Below the pieces are notes generated by a model, which was not told the origin of the DNA, searched no databases, and was given only the letters and a program-made list of their open reading frames with translations. The position numbers and the translations under genes are program-made. DNA of 64,000 bases from Candidatus Saccharimonadales bacterium (GTDB lineage: Bacteria; Patescibacteriota; Saccharimonadia; Saccharimonadales; EFPC-124), in the NCBI GenBank assembly GCA_050730875.1, contig JBOHNX010000001.1, positions 425,972-489,971 of the forward strand, given 5' to 3'. The stretch's first letter is position 1. Each line of letters starts with the position of its first letter. Positions 15,840 through 24,390 of the stretch are shown piece after piece.

Positions 15840-16355
15840 TTAGACCAAGAGCGCCCAGCGGATCAATACCACTGCTACCAGTGCCAGCACCACGCTGAGG
15901 GCAAAATTACGAAAACGGACAAGCAGGTAGAACAGCAGGTAGCCTAAACCGTAGAGGACTACCGAGAAAGCATAGTATTCGAGCCAGCTGCCAGCGGTAA
16001 GCGGGTCGACATATTTTTTAAGTCCCCACAGGGCAGCCGTAACGCCCAGTACAACTAGCAATGGACGAAAGACGCCCCAGTTTGCAAGCAACGCTACGGC
16101 CCCAATTGCCACAAGCACGCTAGCAATATAGTAGCCAACTAGGCCACCCGAGCCACAGATTGCAAAATTGTCAGTCGATTGGCAGAAAACGGGCTCAATA
16201 AAGTAATTCGAAATTACTACCCCTAGTAGCGGAATAAGAATTCCGGCAATCGCTCCCAGCAAACCAATCTTTAGAAGTTCGGTACGTTCAATTTCATAGA
16301 AACTCTTCGGCGCCGGAGCTTGCTCCACCGCCACTGTTTTTTGATTCGCCGCCAT
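15840..16355 (-). CDS. Hypothetical integral membrane protein
   Basis: 171 aa, 4-5 predicted TM helices. No family recognised. Confidence 0.6.
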   Translation of the reverse strand: MAANQKTVAVEQAPAPKSFYEIERTELLKIGLLGAIAGILIPLLGVVISNYFIEPVFCQSTDNFAICGSGGLVGYYIASVLVAIGAVALLANWGVFRPLLVVLGVTAALWGLKKYVDPLTAGSWLEYYAFSVVLYGLGYLLFYLLVRFRNFALSVVLALVAVVLIRWALLV

Positions 16356-16402
16356 AGTCCCCTCCTATAAATAAGCCAATCTTTTTGCTCATTTTAGCAA
16401 AT

Positions 16403-16930
16403 TTATCGTAAAGTGAATATCTTTCGTCCATAAACAAGCAGTACCGCGGCTACTGCACAGGCAAAACCACCGAGTACATCGATAGGCGTATGCACCAGTG
16501 CAACAACCCTGCCGGTGGCCACCAAAACACTTAGACCAAGCAGTGTTAATGCGAGTGGCCGATTTTTGGTACTCGCCCACACAATGGCTGTAATCGTAAA
16601 AACAAGCAGCGCGTGATCGGACGGAAAGCCGGGGTTATTAAGATAAGCGGCCCTGGGCGCTTCACCAAGCTCCTGGAACGGCCGTTCGCCCTGATACAGC
16701 AAACTAATAAGCTTTGCCAAGAAGAGGGCAACTAGGCCAGCAAAAACGCCTCGCGCGATGCGCTCATAGCGGACCGTGGATGGCAACAAAAGCATTGCAA
16801 CGCCGCCAATCAATACAATTGGTATTACCAACCAGTCGGCGAGGATACGAATAAGTACGTCTTCGAACATGACTATATAAAGCATACCGCTGCCAGCCCG
16901 CTTTGCAAACGGGTATAGCATTCCTGCCAC
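16403..16930 (-). CDS. PAP2 family phosphatase
   Basis: Motifs YQGERPF, FPSDH, GRVVALVHTPIDVLGG. The start is GTG 16930 or ATG 16921, and both lie inside a palindrome arm. Confidence 0.8.
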   Translation of the reverse strand: MAGMLYPFAKRAGSGMLYIVMFEDVLIRILADWLVIPIVLIGGVAMLLLPSTVRYERIARGVFAGLVALFLAKLISLLYQGERPFQELGEAPRAAYLNNPGFPSDHALLVFTITAIVWASTKNRPLALTLLGLSVLVATGRVVALVHTPIDVLGGFACAVAAVLLVYGRKIFTLR

Positions 16931-17070
16931 AAAACATGTCTTTTGGGTGATGAACCGGACGAGTAAGAATAGGTCAGACTGAGTGAAGCATATCTGGATA
17001 CGGTGAACGAAGGCTGGCTTATTCTGGCCGTCCGGGCGCAGCCAAAAGGGCGTGTTTTGTGGCAGGAATG
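16919..17070. repeat. About 150-bp imperfect palindrome spanning the divergent PAP2/LssY-like gene starts
   Basis: Perfect 18-bp arms CATTCCTGCCACAAAACA (16919-16936) / TGTTTTGTGGCAGGAATG (17053-17070). Pairing continues inward (TTTTGG/CCAAAA, CCGGACG..AGAATA / TATTCT..CGTCCGG). Confidence 0.7.
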
Positions 17071-17077
17071 CTATATA

Positions 17078-17959
17078 ATGGCTACGATGCTTCCTTATGT
17101 CTGGGTACAGCTTAAGCGACTGCTGATTTTTGCGCTTGGCATCATACTCGCTTGGTTCACCGCTTTTGGATTTTTCCCTGCAGTCGATAAACGTCTGCCA
17201 TTTTTGGTAGCTTTGTTAGTGACCTATTGTTTTTTGGCGTACGTTGGCATTCCGGCGCTGCTGCGTATTCGGCATCTCACCCATCCGCCGCGCCATGTCC
17301 CAACACGAGCAATAACCCGCGACGGTTGGGCGCTGGACCCAATTAATCTGGCAGTTTTGGCTAAAAACGAAAAAGAATTTATCTGGGCGATGGAGAAAGC
17401 TGGTTGGCGTGTGGCCGACCCGCCAACCCTCTTTAATACAATTCACTTTTGCTGGGCATTTGTGCTTAATCGTCCCTACCCGACTGCACCTTTTAGCAGC
17501 TTGTATGTTTTTGGCCGCAAGCAAGACATAGGGTTTCAGATCCCGCTTGCTGATAGCCCGCGCCATCGCCACCATGTTCGTTTTTGGCGTGTTGGCTCAA
17601 CAGTGCTCGAGGACGAACACGAACACCAGAACTTTTGGCGCAAGCTACTAAAAAAATTCTTACGAAAAGAAAAACAAGTTTGGGTGGGCGCTGCCATTTT
17701 AGACCACGGCATTAACGTGCGGCGTCGTAATTTGCAAATTACGCATCGGGTGCATGGCAATACCGTGCTCGAACGCGACTACGTTGTTGAGTCGCTACAA
17801 AAAGCAAACGTCTTAAAAGACACCGCGACTATAAAAGCTGGCGAACCGCTACGCTCGCGACACCAAAGTTTTGGCGAAACCATAATTTCGGATGGCAACG
17901 TAAAGCTCTGCGAGCTTAAGCGCCAGTTTTTGCCACCAATCCACCCGTTAGAAGACTAA
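17078..17959 (+). CDS. Membrane protein, LssY C-terminal-like domain (tentative)
   Basis: ORF track 17003..17959. I prefer ATG 17078. Two N-terminal TM helices, then a soluble domain with SPRHRHHVRFW. Family call from memory only. Confidence 0.5.
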   Translation: MATMLPYVWVQLKRLLIFALGIILAWFTAFGFFPAVDKRLPFLVALLVTYCFLAYVGIPALLRIRHLTHPPRHVPTRAITRDGWALDPINLAVLAKNEKEFIWAMEKAGWRVADPPTLFNTIHFCWAFVLNRPYPTAPFSSLYVFGRKQDIGFQIPLADSPRHRHHVRFWRVGSTVLEDEHEHQNFWRKLLKKFLRKEKQVWVGAAILDHGINVRRRNLQITHRVHGNTVLERDYVVESLQKANVLKDTATIKAGEPLRSRHQSFGETIISDGNVKLCELKRQFLPPIHPLED

Positions 17960-17960
17960 A

Positions 17961-18404
17961 TTATTTGTCGCCTGCTTTTGCGATTTGAGTCAAAACTCGC
18001 AAGTAGGTAACGATATCGTCGTTAGTAACTGCTGTACGAATCCAGCCTGAAGCCTTTTTACGAAGATCTTTTTCGATTTCGGCAACCTTTGGTTGAAAGT
18101 CGTCTGTCAGGCGCACTAGTTTTGCGCGGTTGTCGTGCGCGTGGCTGTCACGCTTCACAAAGCCTTTAGCCTCTAAAACATTAATAGAGGTTGTGATAAA
18201 TGCTAACGAAGTATCGAGTTCGTGCGCAATGTCAGAAATGCGAATGCCCTGTGGGCCTGCCTGGTGCACAAAGCCGATAATCGACCATTGCATCATTGTA
18301 AGTCCGTGATCCCTCAGGAAATACGAGATTTTTGTTTTGAGTACTCGGTGGGCGCGTGCCTGAATTACAGCCGCTTGGTAAGTGGTCATCTGTGTTACGT
18401 CCAT
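17961..18404 (-). CDS. MarR family transcriptional regulator
   Basis: Winged-helix pattern LTMMQWSIIGFV..GIRISDIAHELDTSLAFITTSINVLEAKGFVKR. The N-terminal part of the track ORF is probably not coding (start at ATG 18404 or 18389). Confidence 0.8.
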   Translation of the reverse strand: MDVTQMTTYQAAVIQARAHRVLKTKISYFLRDHGLTMMQWSIIGFVHQAGPQGIRISDIAHELDTSLAFITTSINVLEAKGFVKRDSHAHDNRAKLVRLTDDFQPKVAEIEKDLRKKASGWIRTAVTNDDIVTYLRVLTQIAKAGDK

Positions 18405-18498
18405 ATGTTCGAACACTATAGAACAAAACAACAATTTTAGCAATATGTCTAACCCCCTAAATTTACATTCGGAGTACAATAAGAAAGGGGGTGTTGTA

Positions 18499-18951
18499 AT
18501 GCAATTAACAAGTCCAACGTTCGAACCAAATCAACAAATTCCAGAGATATACACGTGCAAAGGGGCGAATTATAGCCCGCCGTTCACCATAGAAAACGTG
18601 CCAAGTGAGGCAAAAAGTTTAGCACTTATCATGCACGACCCGACTGCCCCTGGGGGCGATTTTGTCCATTGGACAATGTGGAATATCGACCCGCAGACGC
18701 CGCAGATAGCCGAAGGCACAACTCCGGACAGGGCAGTTGAAGGAGTAACAAACTTTGGCCCTCCCGGCTACGGCGGCCCGTGCCCACCCAAAGGCAGCGG
18801 GACACACCAGTATGTCTTTGAACTGTATGCGCTGAATGTAGAAGAGCTAGATTTGCCAGTCACAACCACCGCAGCCGAGCTAACGGGCAGCATGCAAGAA
18901 TATGTCGTTGATACCGCCCAACTAACCGGACTCTTTAGCGCCGAAGCTTAA
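18499..18951 (+). CDS. YbhB/YbcL (PEBP/Raf kinase inhibitor-like) family protein
   Basis: ATG 18499 after AAAGGGGG. Motifs SPPFTIENVP, HDPTAP, FVHW, GYGGPCPP.G.HQY.F.LYAL. Confidence 0.85.
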   Translation: MQLTSPTFEPNQQIPEIYTCKGANYSPPFTIENVPSEAKSLALIMHDPTAPGGDFVHWTMWNIDPQTPQIAEGTTPDRAVEGVTNFGPPGYGGPCPPKGSGTHQYVFELYALNVEELDLPVTTTAAELTGSMQEYVVDTAQLTGLFSAEA

Positions 18952-19844
18952 GCGTACAGCAAATCGGTCAGCGTAGCTGGCTTTGCGTAGTGGAACGTGA
19001 CTTGTTCGATCGCGTGAACGAGTAAATATTTTCTGGTATTCACTTTACGGCTGAGCTCGTACAGCGTTACCAAACCCTCGCTTTTAATGTGTTCGTCGGC
19101 AATTCCTTCGGCCAGTGATTTACCGATTCGATAGTTAAATGACTCTTCGCTAAAACCGGTGGCCATTAGATCGCCAAGACCCGCAAGGCTCTCGGCCGTT
19201 CGTGGGTCAGCGCCTAAATCTGTTAGCAGTTGCTTCATTTCGGCTATGGCCATAGTGCCGAGTCTGCCTTTGGCGTTCACGCCAGCGTGCAGGCCATCGA
19301 GCATACCAAAGCCGATTGCGTAGACGTTTTTCAGCACCGAACAAAGCGCCGCGCCGTGCATGTCGCCGGTGGTTTCTATGTATATTTTAGATTCGCTAAA
19401 CAAGGTGCGCAGCGACGTGTACCATTTGTGGTTAGACAACGCCAGAACGCCAGCGCCGCCCCGACCACGATCGATCTCTTCAGCAATCAGCGGTCCGTAC
19501 ACCACGCCAAAGTCGTAGTTTTTCGGAAGTCGTTTCCCAAGCACTTCATCCATGGTCACAAAGCCGGGTTCAACTCCCTTCGAGAACGACAGCACAAGCC
19601 GTGGTTCAGTCGGATGAGCTACTTCCCGGATCTGTTTTGCGACTTCTTTAACCTCCCAGGACGGCACACATAACAGCAAAGTTGGACAGGTGCGGATAAT
19701 ATCTTCGAGACTAGCGGTTGTCGTGCGCGCCGGATCTTTGTCGTAGTACAACACCTGTACTCGATTTTTTGTAAATGCACCGCCAAGAGCTTGCCCAAGC
19801 TCGCCAGCACCGATAATACCTACTTGAGTGATTTGCTTTTCCAT
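18948..19844 (-). CDS. gpsA: NAD(P)H-dependent glycerol-3-phosphate dehydrogenase
   Basis: Start at MEKQITQVGIIGAGELGQALG (Rossmann). C-terminal GpsA-like helices (NVYAIGFGMLDG, GLGDLMATG). Confidence 0.8.
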   Translation of the reverse strand: MEKQITQVGIIGAGELGQALGGAFTKNRVQVLYYDKDPARTTTASLEDIIRTCPTLLLCVPSWEVKEVAKQIREVAHPTEPRLVLSFSKGVEPGFVTMDEVLGKRLPKNYDFGVVYGPLIAEEIDRGRGGAGVLALSNHKWYTSLRTLFSESKIYIETTGDMHGAALCSVLKNVYAIGFGMLDGLHAGVNAKGRLGTMAIAEMKQLLTDLGADPRTAESLAGLGDLMATGFSEESFNYRIGKSLAEGIADEHIKSEGLVTLYELSRKVNTRKYLLVHAIEQVTFHYAKPATLTDLLYA

Positions 19845-19916
19845 GAAATGTTTGTTCTTTAGGTTATTTTCCCCATTGTAGCAGAGGTCTGGCGCCAAGC
19901 GGCTCTTTTAAGCAAC

Positions 19917-20585
19917 CTATTTGCAATTAATGAAGCCGCCGGGGTAGTACCAGTCACCAGCGACGATGTCCTTTACTGTAGCTGCCGCTGGAACGTCGAA
20001 GATAATTGGGTTTGCCATACCTTGATTGGCACAAATGTCAGGCGTTGTTTCGTTGAGGATGGTTTCTTTGATGTACTGGTCATAGGTGGCAATTTGGAAG
20101 TCTTTTGCATCGGCTCGGTAGGCGTACACAATATGCTTGCCGGGTTTCACCGTTAATTCGTAGCCAACACCAGTTTTGAACTCGTTACTTTTAATTTGCT
20201 CCTTTGTGCAGACAGTTGCACCTAAAGCAATATTATGTGCACACACAGTCATGTCGGCTGGAATACCTTCCGATGGAAACGTCATCGGCCCGCGAATTTT
20301 ACTGGCCACGCTTATGGGTTTGTCGGCGTCAGATGTCGCATCGGCGGCATTTTGCGCCTCTTGCAGTTGCTGGTTTAGTTCGCGAGTCCTTTGCACTTCA
20401 TCGGCCAAATTGCGCTCCAGCTGTGACACGCGCTGGTTTTTCCAAAACCAAACACCTGCGCCAACGGCTGCCAGCAGCACAAGCACCAGCACAATCCAGA
20501 GAATTTTCTTCCATTTGGGACGTTGCTCCCGAATTTTCAGCGGCGTCGCATTAGGACTGCCGCCCTGGCTATATTGCTCGTACAT
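19917..20585 (-). CDS. Hypothetical membrane-anchored protein
   Basis: 222 aa. One TM (ILWIVLVLVLLAAVGAGVWFW), a coiled-coil stretch, and a Cys-containing C-terminal domain. Confidence 0.6.
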   Translation of the reverse strand: MYEQYSQGGSPNATPLKIREQRPKWKKILWIVLVLVLLAAVGAGVWFWKNQRVSQLERNLADEVQRTRELNQQLQEAQNAADATSDADKPISVASKIRGPMTFPSEGIPADMTVCAHNIALGATVCTKEQIKSNEFKTGVGYELTVKPGKHIVYAYRADAKDFQIATYDQYIKETILNETTPDICANQGMANPIIFDVPAAATVKDIVAGDWYYPGGFINCK

Positions 20586-20631
20586 GCTGCCCTCCCATTT
20601 TTAGCTTATGGTTTCATTGTACACCAAGCTT

Positions 20632-21063
20632 TTAAGAACAATCTGCCTCTAAATGAAACTCGCCTTCCTGCAGGGTTACCTGGACACTGCCACCACCAGG
20701 GAATTCATGCACATAGCCCTCCCCTTGCAGCTCTTCGGGCGACACAGTGGTCAGTTCGCCTTTTTCGTTTCTCACAAAAAGATCATCTTCTTTTTCAGGA
20801 GGAATTTTCACTCGTAACTCATGGGTAGATGCGCGTTCGGTTACTCCCAGAATAAATGCCGCAACTTGCCCGCCACTGCGAACGTACTCCTTACGTGCAA
20901 TAGCGTTAGGGTCAGCAGAACAGTCGGCGATAACTCGCTCGTAATTATCCGTGGGGTTATCGTTCTCCTGCATTTGGCAGCCTGCGGCAAGCAGCGCAAA
21001 GCAAGAAAGAGCGGCAATACGCCGTTTGATAAAGAATTCCGAAGAAGCGCGTAATCTGTTCAT
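20632..21063 (-). CDS. Putative lipoprotein
   Basis: Signal peptide with lipobox LLAAGC. 143 aa. Confidence 0.6.
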   Translation of the reverse strand: MNRLRASSEFFIKRRIAALSCFALLAAGCQMQENDNPTDNYERVIADCSADPNAIARKEYVRSGGQVAAFILGVTERASTHELRVKIPPEKEDDLFVRNEKGELTTVSPEELQGEGYVHEFPGGGSVQVTLQEGEFHLEADCS

Positions 21064-21086
21064 TAGTTACGCCATTATAGAATGAT

Positions 21087-21305
21087 TTAATTTTTTTGCA
21101 AGATAGCCAGGCCTTCGATGTGCGGCGTAGCTGGGAAGAAGTTAAATAGTTTCAGCTCTTTCAACTGGTACGCTGTCTTCAAAAGTGAGGTGTCGCGCGC
21201 TTGGGTGCTTACGTTACAAGAAAGGTAAATGACTGTTTCCGGCCGTACTTCGAGGATGCGATCGACTACTTTTTGGGCTTGGCTTCGTCTGCCAGCAGGT
21301 CGATG
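21087..21305 (-). pseudogene. 3'-terminal remnant of an rlmD/rumA-type RNA (uracil-5)-methyltransferase
   Basis: Encodes only ..RPAG...VIYLSCNVSTQARDTSLLKTAYQLKELKLFNFFPATPHIEGLAILQKN, the last roughly 65 residues of the TrmA/RumA family. The upstream part is replaced by, and overlaps, the 3' end of the GH63-like gene. Confidence 0.65.
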
Positions 21306-22600
21306 GTCAGTGCGGCAGTCCACGAAAATGCCGGTGCGCCCGCAGCCTTACCAGTAAGCGGCGAGAAGTATTCGCTCATGCCGCCTTTTTCTACCAATTC
21401 TAGGGTTTTTTGACGCAATTTTTCGGCTTCGACAGCTTCACCGTTGCGGCGCAGACCATCACGAATAAGCCAGTTCATATTAATCCAGGTTGGACCCTGC
21501 CAGTAACAATGTGGCTTAAAGTAGGACGAATCGAGCGGAGTACTGGGAATTGGATAGTCAGCACCGAATGTCTCTGGATTGTGTAGGTGCTCGAGCAGTT
21601 TTTTGACGCGCGCTTTCGGCAGTTTCATGGCGTACAGAGGCATAAAGGTTGCGATGCTCGATACTTTAATGAGCTCACCACTTACGAAGTCGCGGCTGTA
21701 GTACTGCCCAGTCTCTTCATCCCATAATGTTTCAAGTGCTTTGGGTGCTTTTTTCATTGCCTGGGTGATGACCTTTGGCAGCTGCTGGCCAAGTTCGTCG
21801 GCGATGTGTGCCAAATGATCGTTAGCACGAATCAGAATACTGTTAAACACGGCGTCGACAATTAGTAGTTTTTGTTTGCGCATAATAACGCTGTCGTTGT
21901 AGTGATGGTCCCGTAGGCGCTTGAGCAAATCGTAGACCGCATAGAGATCGATGGTCGAAATGCGTTCCTCGGCGGGCACAAGTGCGGTATCTCTACGAAA
22001 GCGTTTTACAAAGCGTTCCATTTTGAGGTTCTTCATGAGCCAAACGCGAGTTGAAACGGCGTATTTATGGAGTAGTTCCATCCAGGGCGGCGTGTTGTCG
22101 AGGCCAGATTCCCAGGGGTGTACTAACACGACCAGACCTTCGTCGTGCGGATCACGTTCACGATAGAGCCATTCATGGTAATGAACAAGTTCAGGATGAA
22201 TTTCTTTGTACCAAGCTAGGCGTTCCTTAGGCGAAAGCATTTCGCCAATGCGCACCACTGCCTCGGCCACCATTGGCGGCTGCGAAATACCAGTTGTATC
22301 AACGTTTTTTGGCGCATGAGCACTCACGCGTGATTGCCACAATGTTGGTCCTGCATGGTAGCCGTTAGCTTCAGAAAAAATAACATGCGGCAACATACCA
22401 CTCCGCCACTGGCCTTTAAAAAGCGCACGTACTTCCTCTTTGGCTCGTTCGACATCAATATGACGCTTACCAATTGCAATAAAACAGCTATCCCATAGCC
22501 ACTGGTGCGGATAAAGTCCTTCGGTCGGTCGAGTCCAACCGCCCAAGTCATTTTTTGTTAAAACTTCTTTTGCTTTTTGAGTAAGGTGTGCGGTATTCAT
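21266..22600 (-). CDS. GH63-like glycoside hydrolase (glucosylglycerate/mannosylglycerate hydrolase-like)
   Basis: 444 aa. N-terminal YPHQWLWDSCF and later WESGLDN, YWQGPTWINMNW resemble (alpha/alpha)6 GH63/MGH-type enzymes. Assigned from memory. Confidence 0.6.
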   Translation of the reverse strand: MNTAHLTQKAKEVLTKNDLGGWTRPTEGLYPHQWLWDSCFIAIGKRHIDVERAKEEVRALFKGQWRSGMLPHVIFSEANGYHAGPTLWQSRVSAHAPKNVDTTGISQPPMVAEAVVRIGEMLSPKERLAWYKEIHPELVHYHEWLYRERDPHDEGLVVLVHPWESGLDNTPPWMELLHKYAVSTRVWLMKNLKMERFVKRFRRDTALVPAEERISTIDLYAVYDLLKRLRDHHYNDSVIMRKQKLLIVDAVFNSILIRANDHLAHIADELGQQLPKVITQAMKKAPKALETLWDEETGQYYSRDFVSGELIKVSSIATFMPLYAMKLPKARVKKLLEHLHNPETFGADYPIPSTPLDSSYFKPHCYWQGPTWINMNWLIRDGLRRNGEAVEAEKLRQKTLELVEKGGMSEYFSPLTGKAAGAPAFSWTAALTIDLLADEAKPKK

Positions 22601-22646
22601 GCCACGTAGCCTACCAAAAAAGCTACGCCAATGCTACATACATTTT

Positions 22647-23795
22647 CTAAGCCTTTTTACCGCTCTTTGCATGCAGCGCTTGGCCTGCCACAATGAGCAA
22701 CCCTCCCATTCCCCACAGAAGGGCTAGAAGCATCGCCACACCACCCAACACTGGCAGTAGCGACACAAGCAACAGCACAGCTAAGCCAAGTGCTAGCGCC
22801 ACGACATCAGACATCTGCCGTGAGCCGACTTGCCTTTGCATAATAAACGTTCCCAGCGCGTGACTGCTAAAGACAAAGCTAGTTAAAATCGCACTTACCC
22901 ACAATGCAAGTAAAATGACTGCGAGCGGAATACCCAATAGCGTCATACAGAGAATGAGCACCACTACCGGCGTCACAATGAGGCCAACCAAGCCAGCGCC
23001 AATTGTCCACCAAGGTTGTGTTCGGATTGCCGTGCTGGCACCACCAAAGAGTTTTGGTGCGCCAAAGAGTGCTACAAGTCCAAGGAGCAACAGCGCCCCG
23101 AACCAGTACAGCGCGCTCATAACGCGCGATACCCACGTATCTTGCTGACGCGTCTTTTCTTTGGGAGGATCTTTGCGCTCAGTTTTTCCTTGCACAATTG
23201 CTCCCTGTGCAACTGTAGCGTCATGGCGGCTTGTGTAAGTTACGTTGCCGGTAACTCGAGTGCTACTCTCTACCTGTACTGTTTCGGCAAACAGGTTGGC
23301 GTTGCGGCCAACGACACCTGCAAGAATGAAGGTTTCGGCTGCACCGGTTACATCGCGGGCAGTACTACCAGCTACGCGCACACTGCTTCCGAATGCGCTT
23401 AAATCGCGGCCAACCGCGGCTGCATCTTCGATTGCTACACTTTGACCCGCGGCAGTAGCGCTGCCATCCACTCTTCCGCCAACTTCAACCACTTGGCCAG
23501 CCACACGAACATCGCCATTAACAGTGCCCTTTACCTTAACTGTCTGGGCAGCGCAAAGTACGTCGCCTTCTACCGTGCCGCTGACCACTACCGTTTGTCC
23601 GGCGCAAAATACGTCGCCGCGCACGGTGCCGGCGATAGTAACGGTTGAACCAGCCATGTAAACGCTCGATTCAACTACTTCGTCTTTGGCAACACCAACC
23701 GCATTGCCTGATTTAAAGTTTCCAGCCTGGGCTGCCCCGACCCAAAGTACGCTTACTGCAGCAACCAATCCCATAAAGGTGAAGAATTTCTTCAT
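22647..23795 (-). CDS. Secreted beta-helix (bactofilin-like repeat) domain fused to multi-pass membrane domain
   Basis: Signal peptide, about 9 repeats of the form G.V.GDV...G..V.V.G, then KDPPKEK linker and about 5 TM helices. Confidence 0.6.
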   Translation of the reverse strand: MKKFFTFMGLVAAVSVLWVGAAQAGNFKSGNAVGVAKDEVVESSVYMAGSTVTIAGTVRGDVFCAGQTVVVSGTVEGDVLCAAQTVKVKGTVNGDVRVAGQVVEVGGRVDGSATAAGQSVAIEDAAAVGRDLSAFGSSVRVAGSTARDVTGAAETFILAGVVGRNANLFAETVQVESSTRVTGNVTYTSRHDATVAQGAIVQGKTERKDPPKEKTRQQDTWVSRVMSALYWFGALLLLGLVALFGAPKLFGGASTAIRTQPWWTIGAGLVGLIVTPVVVLILCMTLLGIPLAVILLALWVSAILTSFVFSSHALGTFIMQRQVGSRQMSDVVALALGLAVLLLVSLLPVLGGVAMLLALLWGMGGLLIVAGQALHAKSGKKA

Positions 23796-23848
23796 CGCCG
23801 CCCTCCTTGCTTTAATATGCTGTTTTTATTGTAAAACAAACTGTAAGC

Positions 23849-24331
23849 TTATGCGATTGCTTGGATGGTGAGTTCTTTTTTGTTGTGTGCAAGCGTGACG
23901 GTTTGGCCCACTTTTGCGCCAAGTAGCGCTGCTGCGAGCGGTGAAACACAGCTTACAACCATTGCGCCATCTTCAACTTCGCCGACGCGCGGCGACCAGT
24001 GGCCCACAATTGCATAGGTATGAATTTTTGCACCGCTTTGTACGGTAACTTTTGAACCGATACCAATAAGGTTTGCCTTGGGGTTCGGCACCGATACATG
24101 TGCTTTAAATAATATTGCTTTCAGCGATTGTTGCTCGGCTACCAACAGAGCTTGCTTGTCGCGCAGCGCATCGAAGGGCGCGTTGTCGTGCCATGTTTCT
24201 GTTGACTGGTTTAAGGCAATATGAAATTCTGGCCCGAGTTCTAAAATCTCGCGCTCTAATTGGTCAATTCTGGCTCGTGCCCATGCTTTATCGGCTTCGA
24301 GCACATAAATTTTCTCGCTAACCTCTTTCAC
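23849..24331 (-). CDS. GreA/GreB family transcription elongation factor
   Basis: 160 aa. N-terminal coiled coil with ETWHDNAPFDA and C-terminal GSKV.V......Y.IVG...A......S..SPLAAALLG..VG motif. Confidence 0.8.
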   Translation of the reverse strand: MKEVSEKIYVLEADKAWARARIDQLEREILELGPEFHIALNQSTETWHDNAPFDALRDKQALLVAEQQSLKAILFKAHVSVPNPKANLIGIGSKVTVQSGAKIHTYAIVGHWSPRVGEVEDGAMVVSCVSPLAAALLGAKVGQTVTLAHNKKELTIQAIA

Positions 24332-24390
24332 AGTTAGCCTATTATACCGTCAAGTTTTGTTAAAACAAGATACACCTGATAGGCGTATAT

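Noticed and set aside
17072-17090. Leaderless start of the LssY-like gene from TATAAT at 17072-17077
   Set aside because: ATG 17078 is immediately adjacent to the hexamer. Only the ATG at 17087 could be leaderless, and this cannot be decided from sequence alone.
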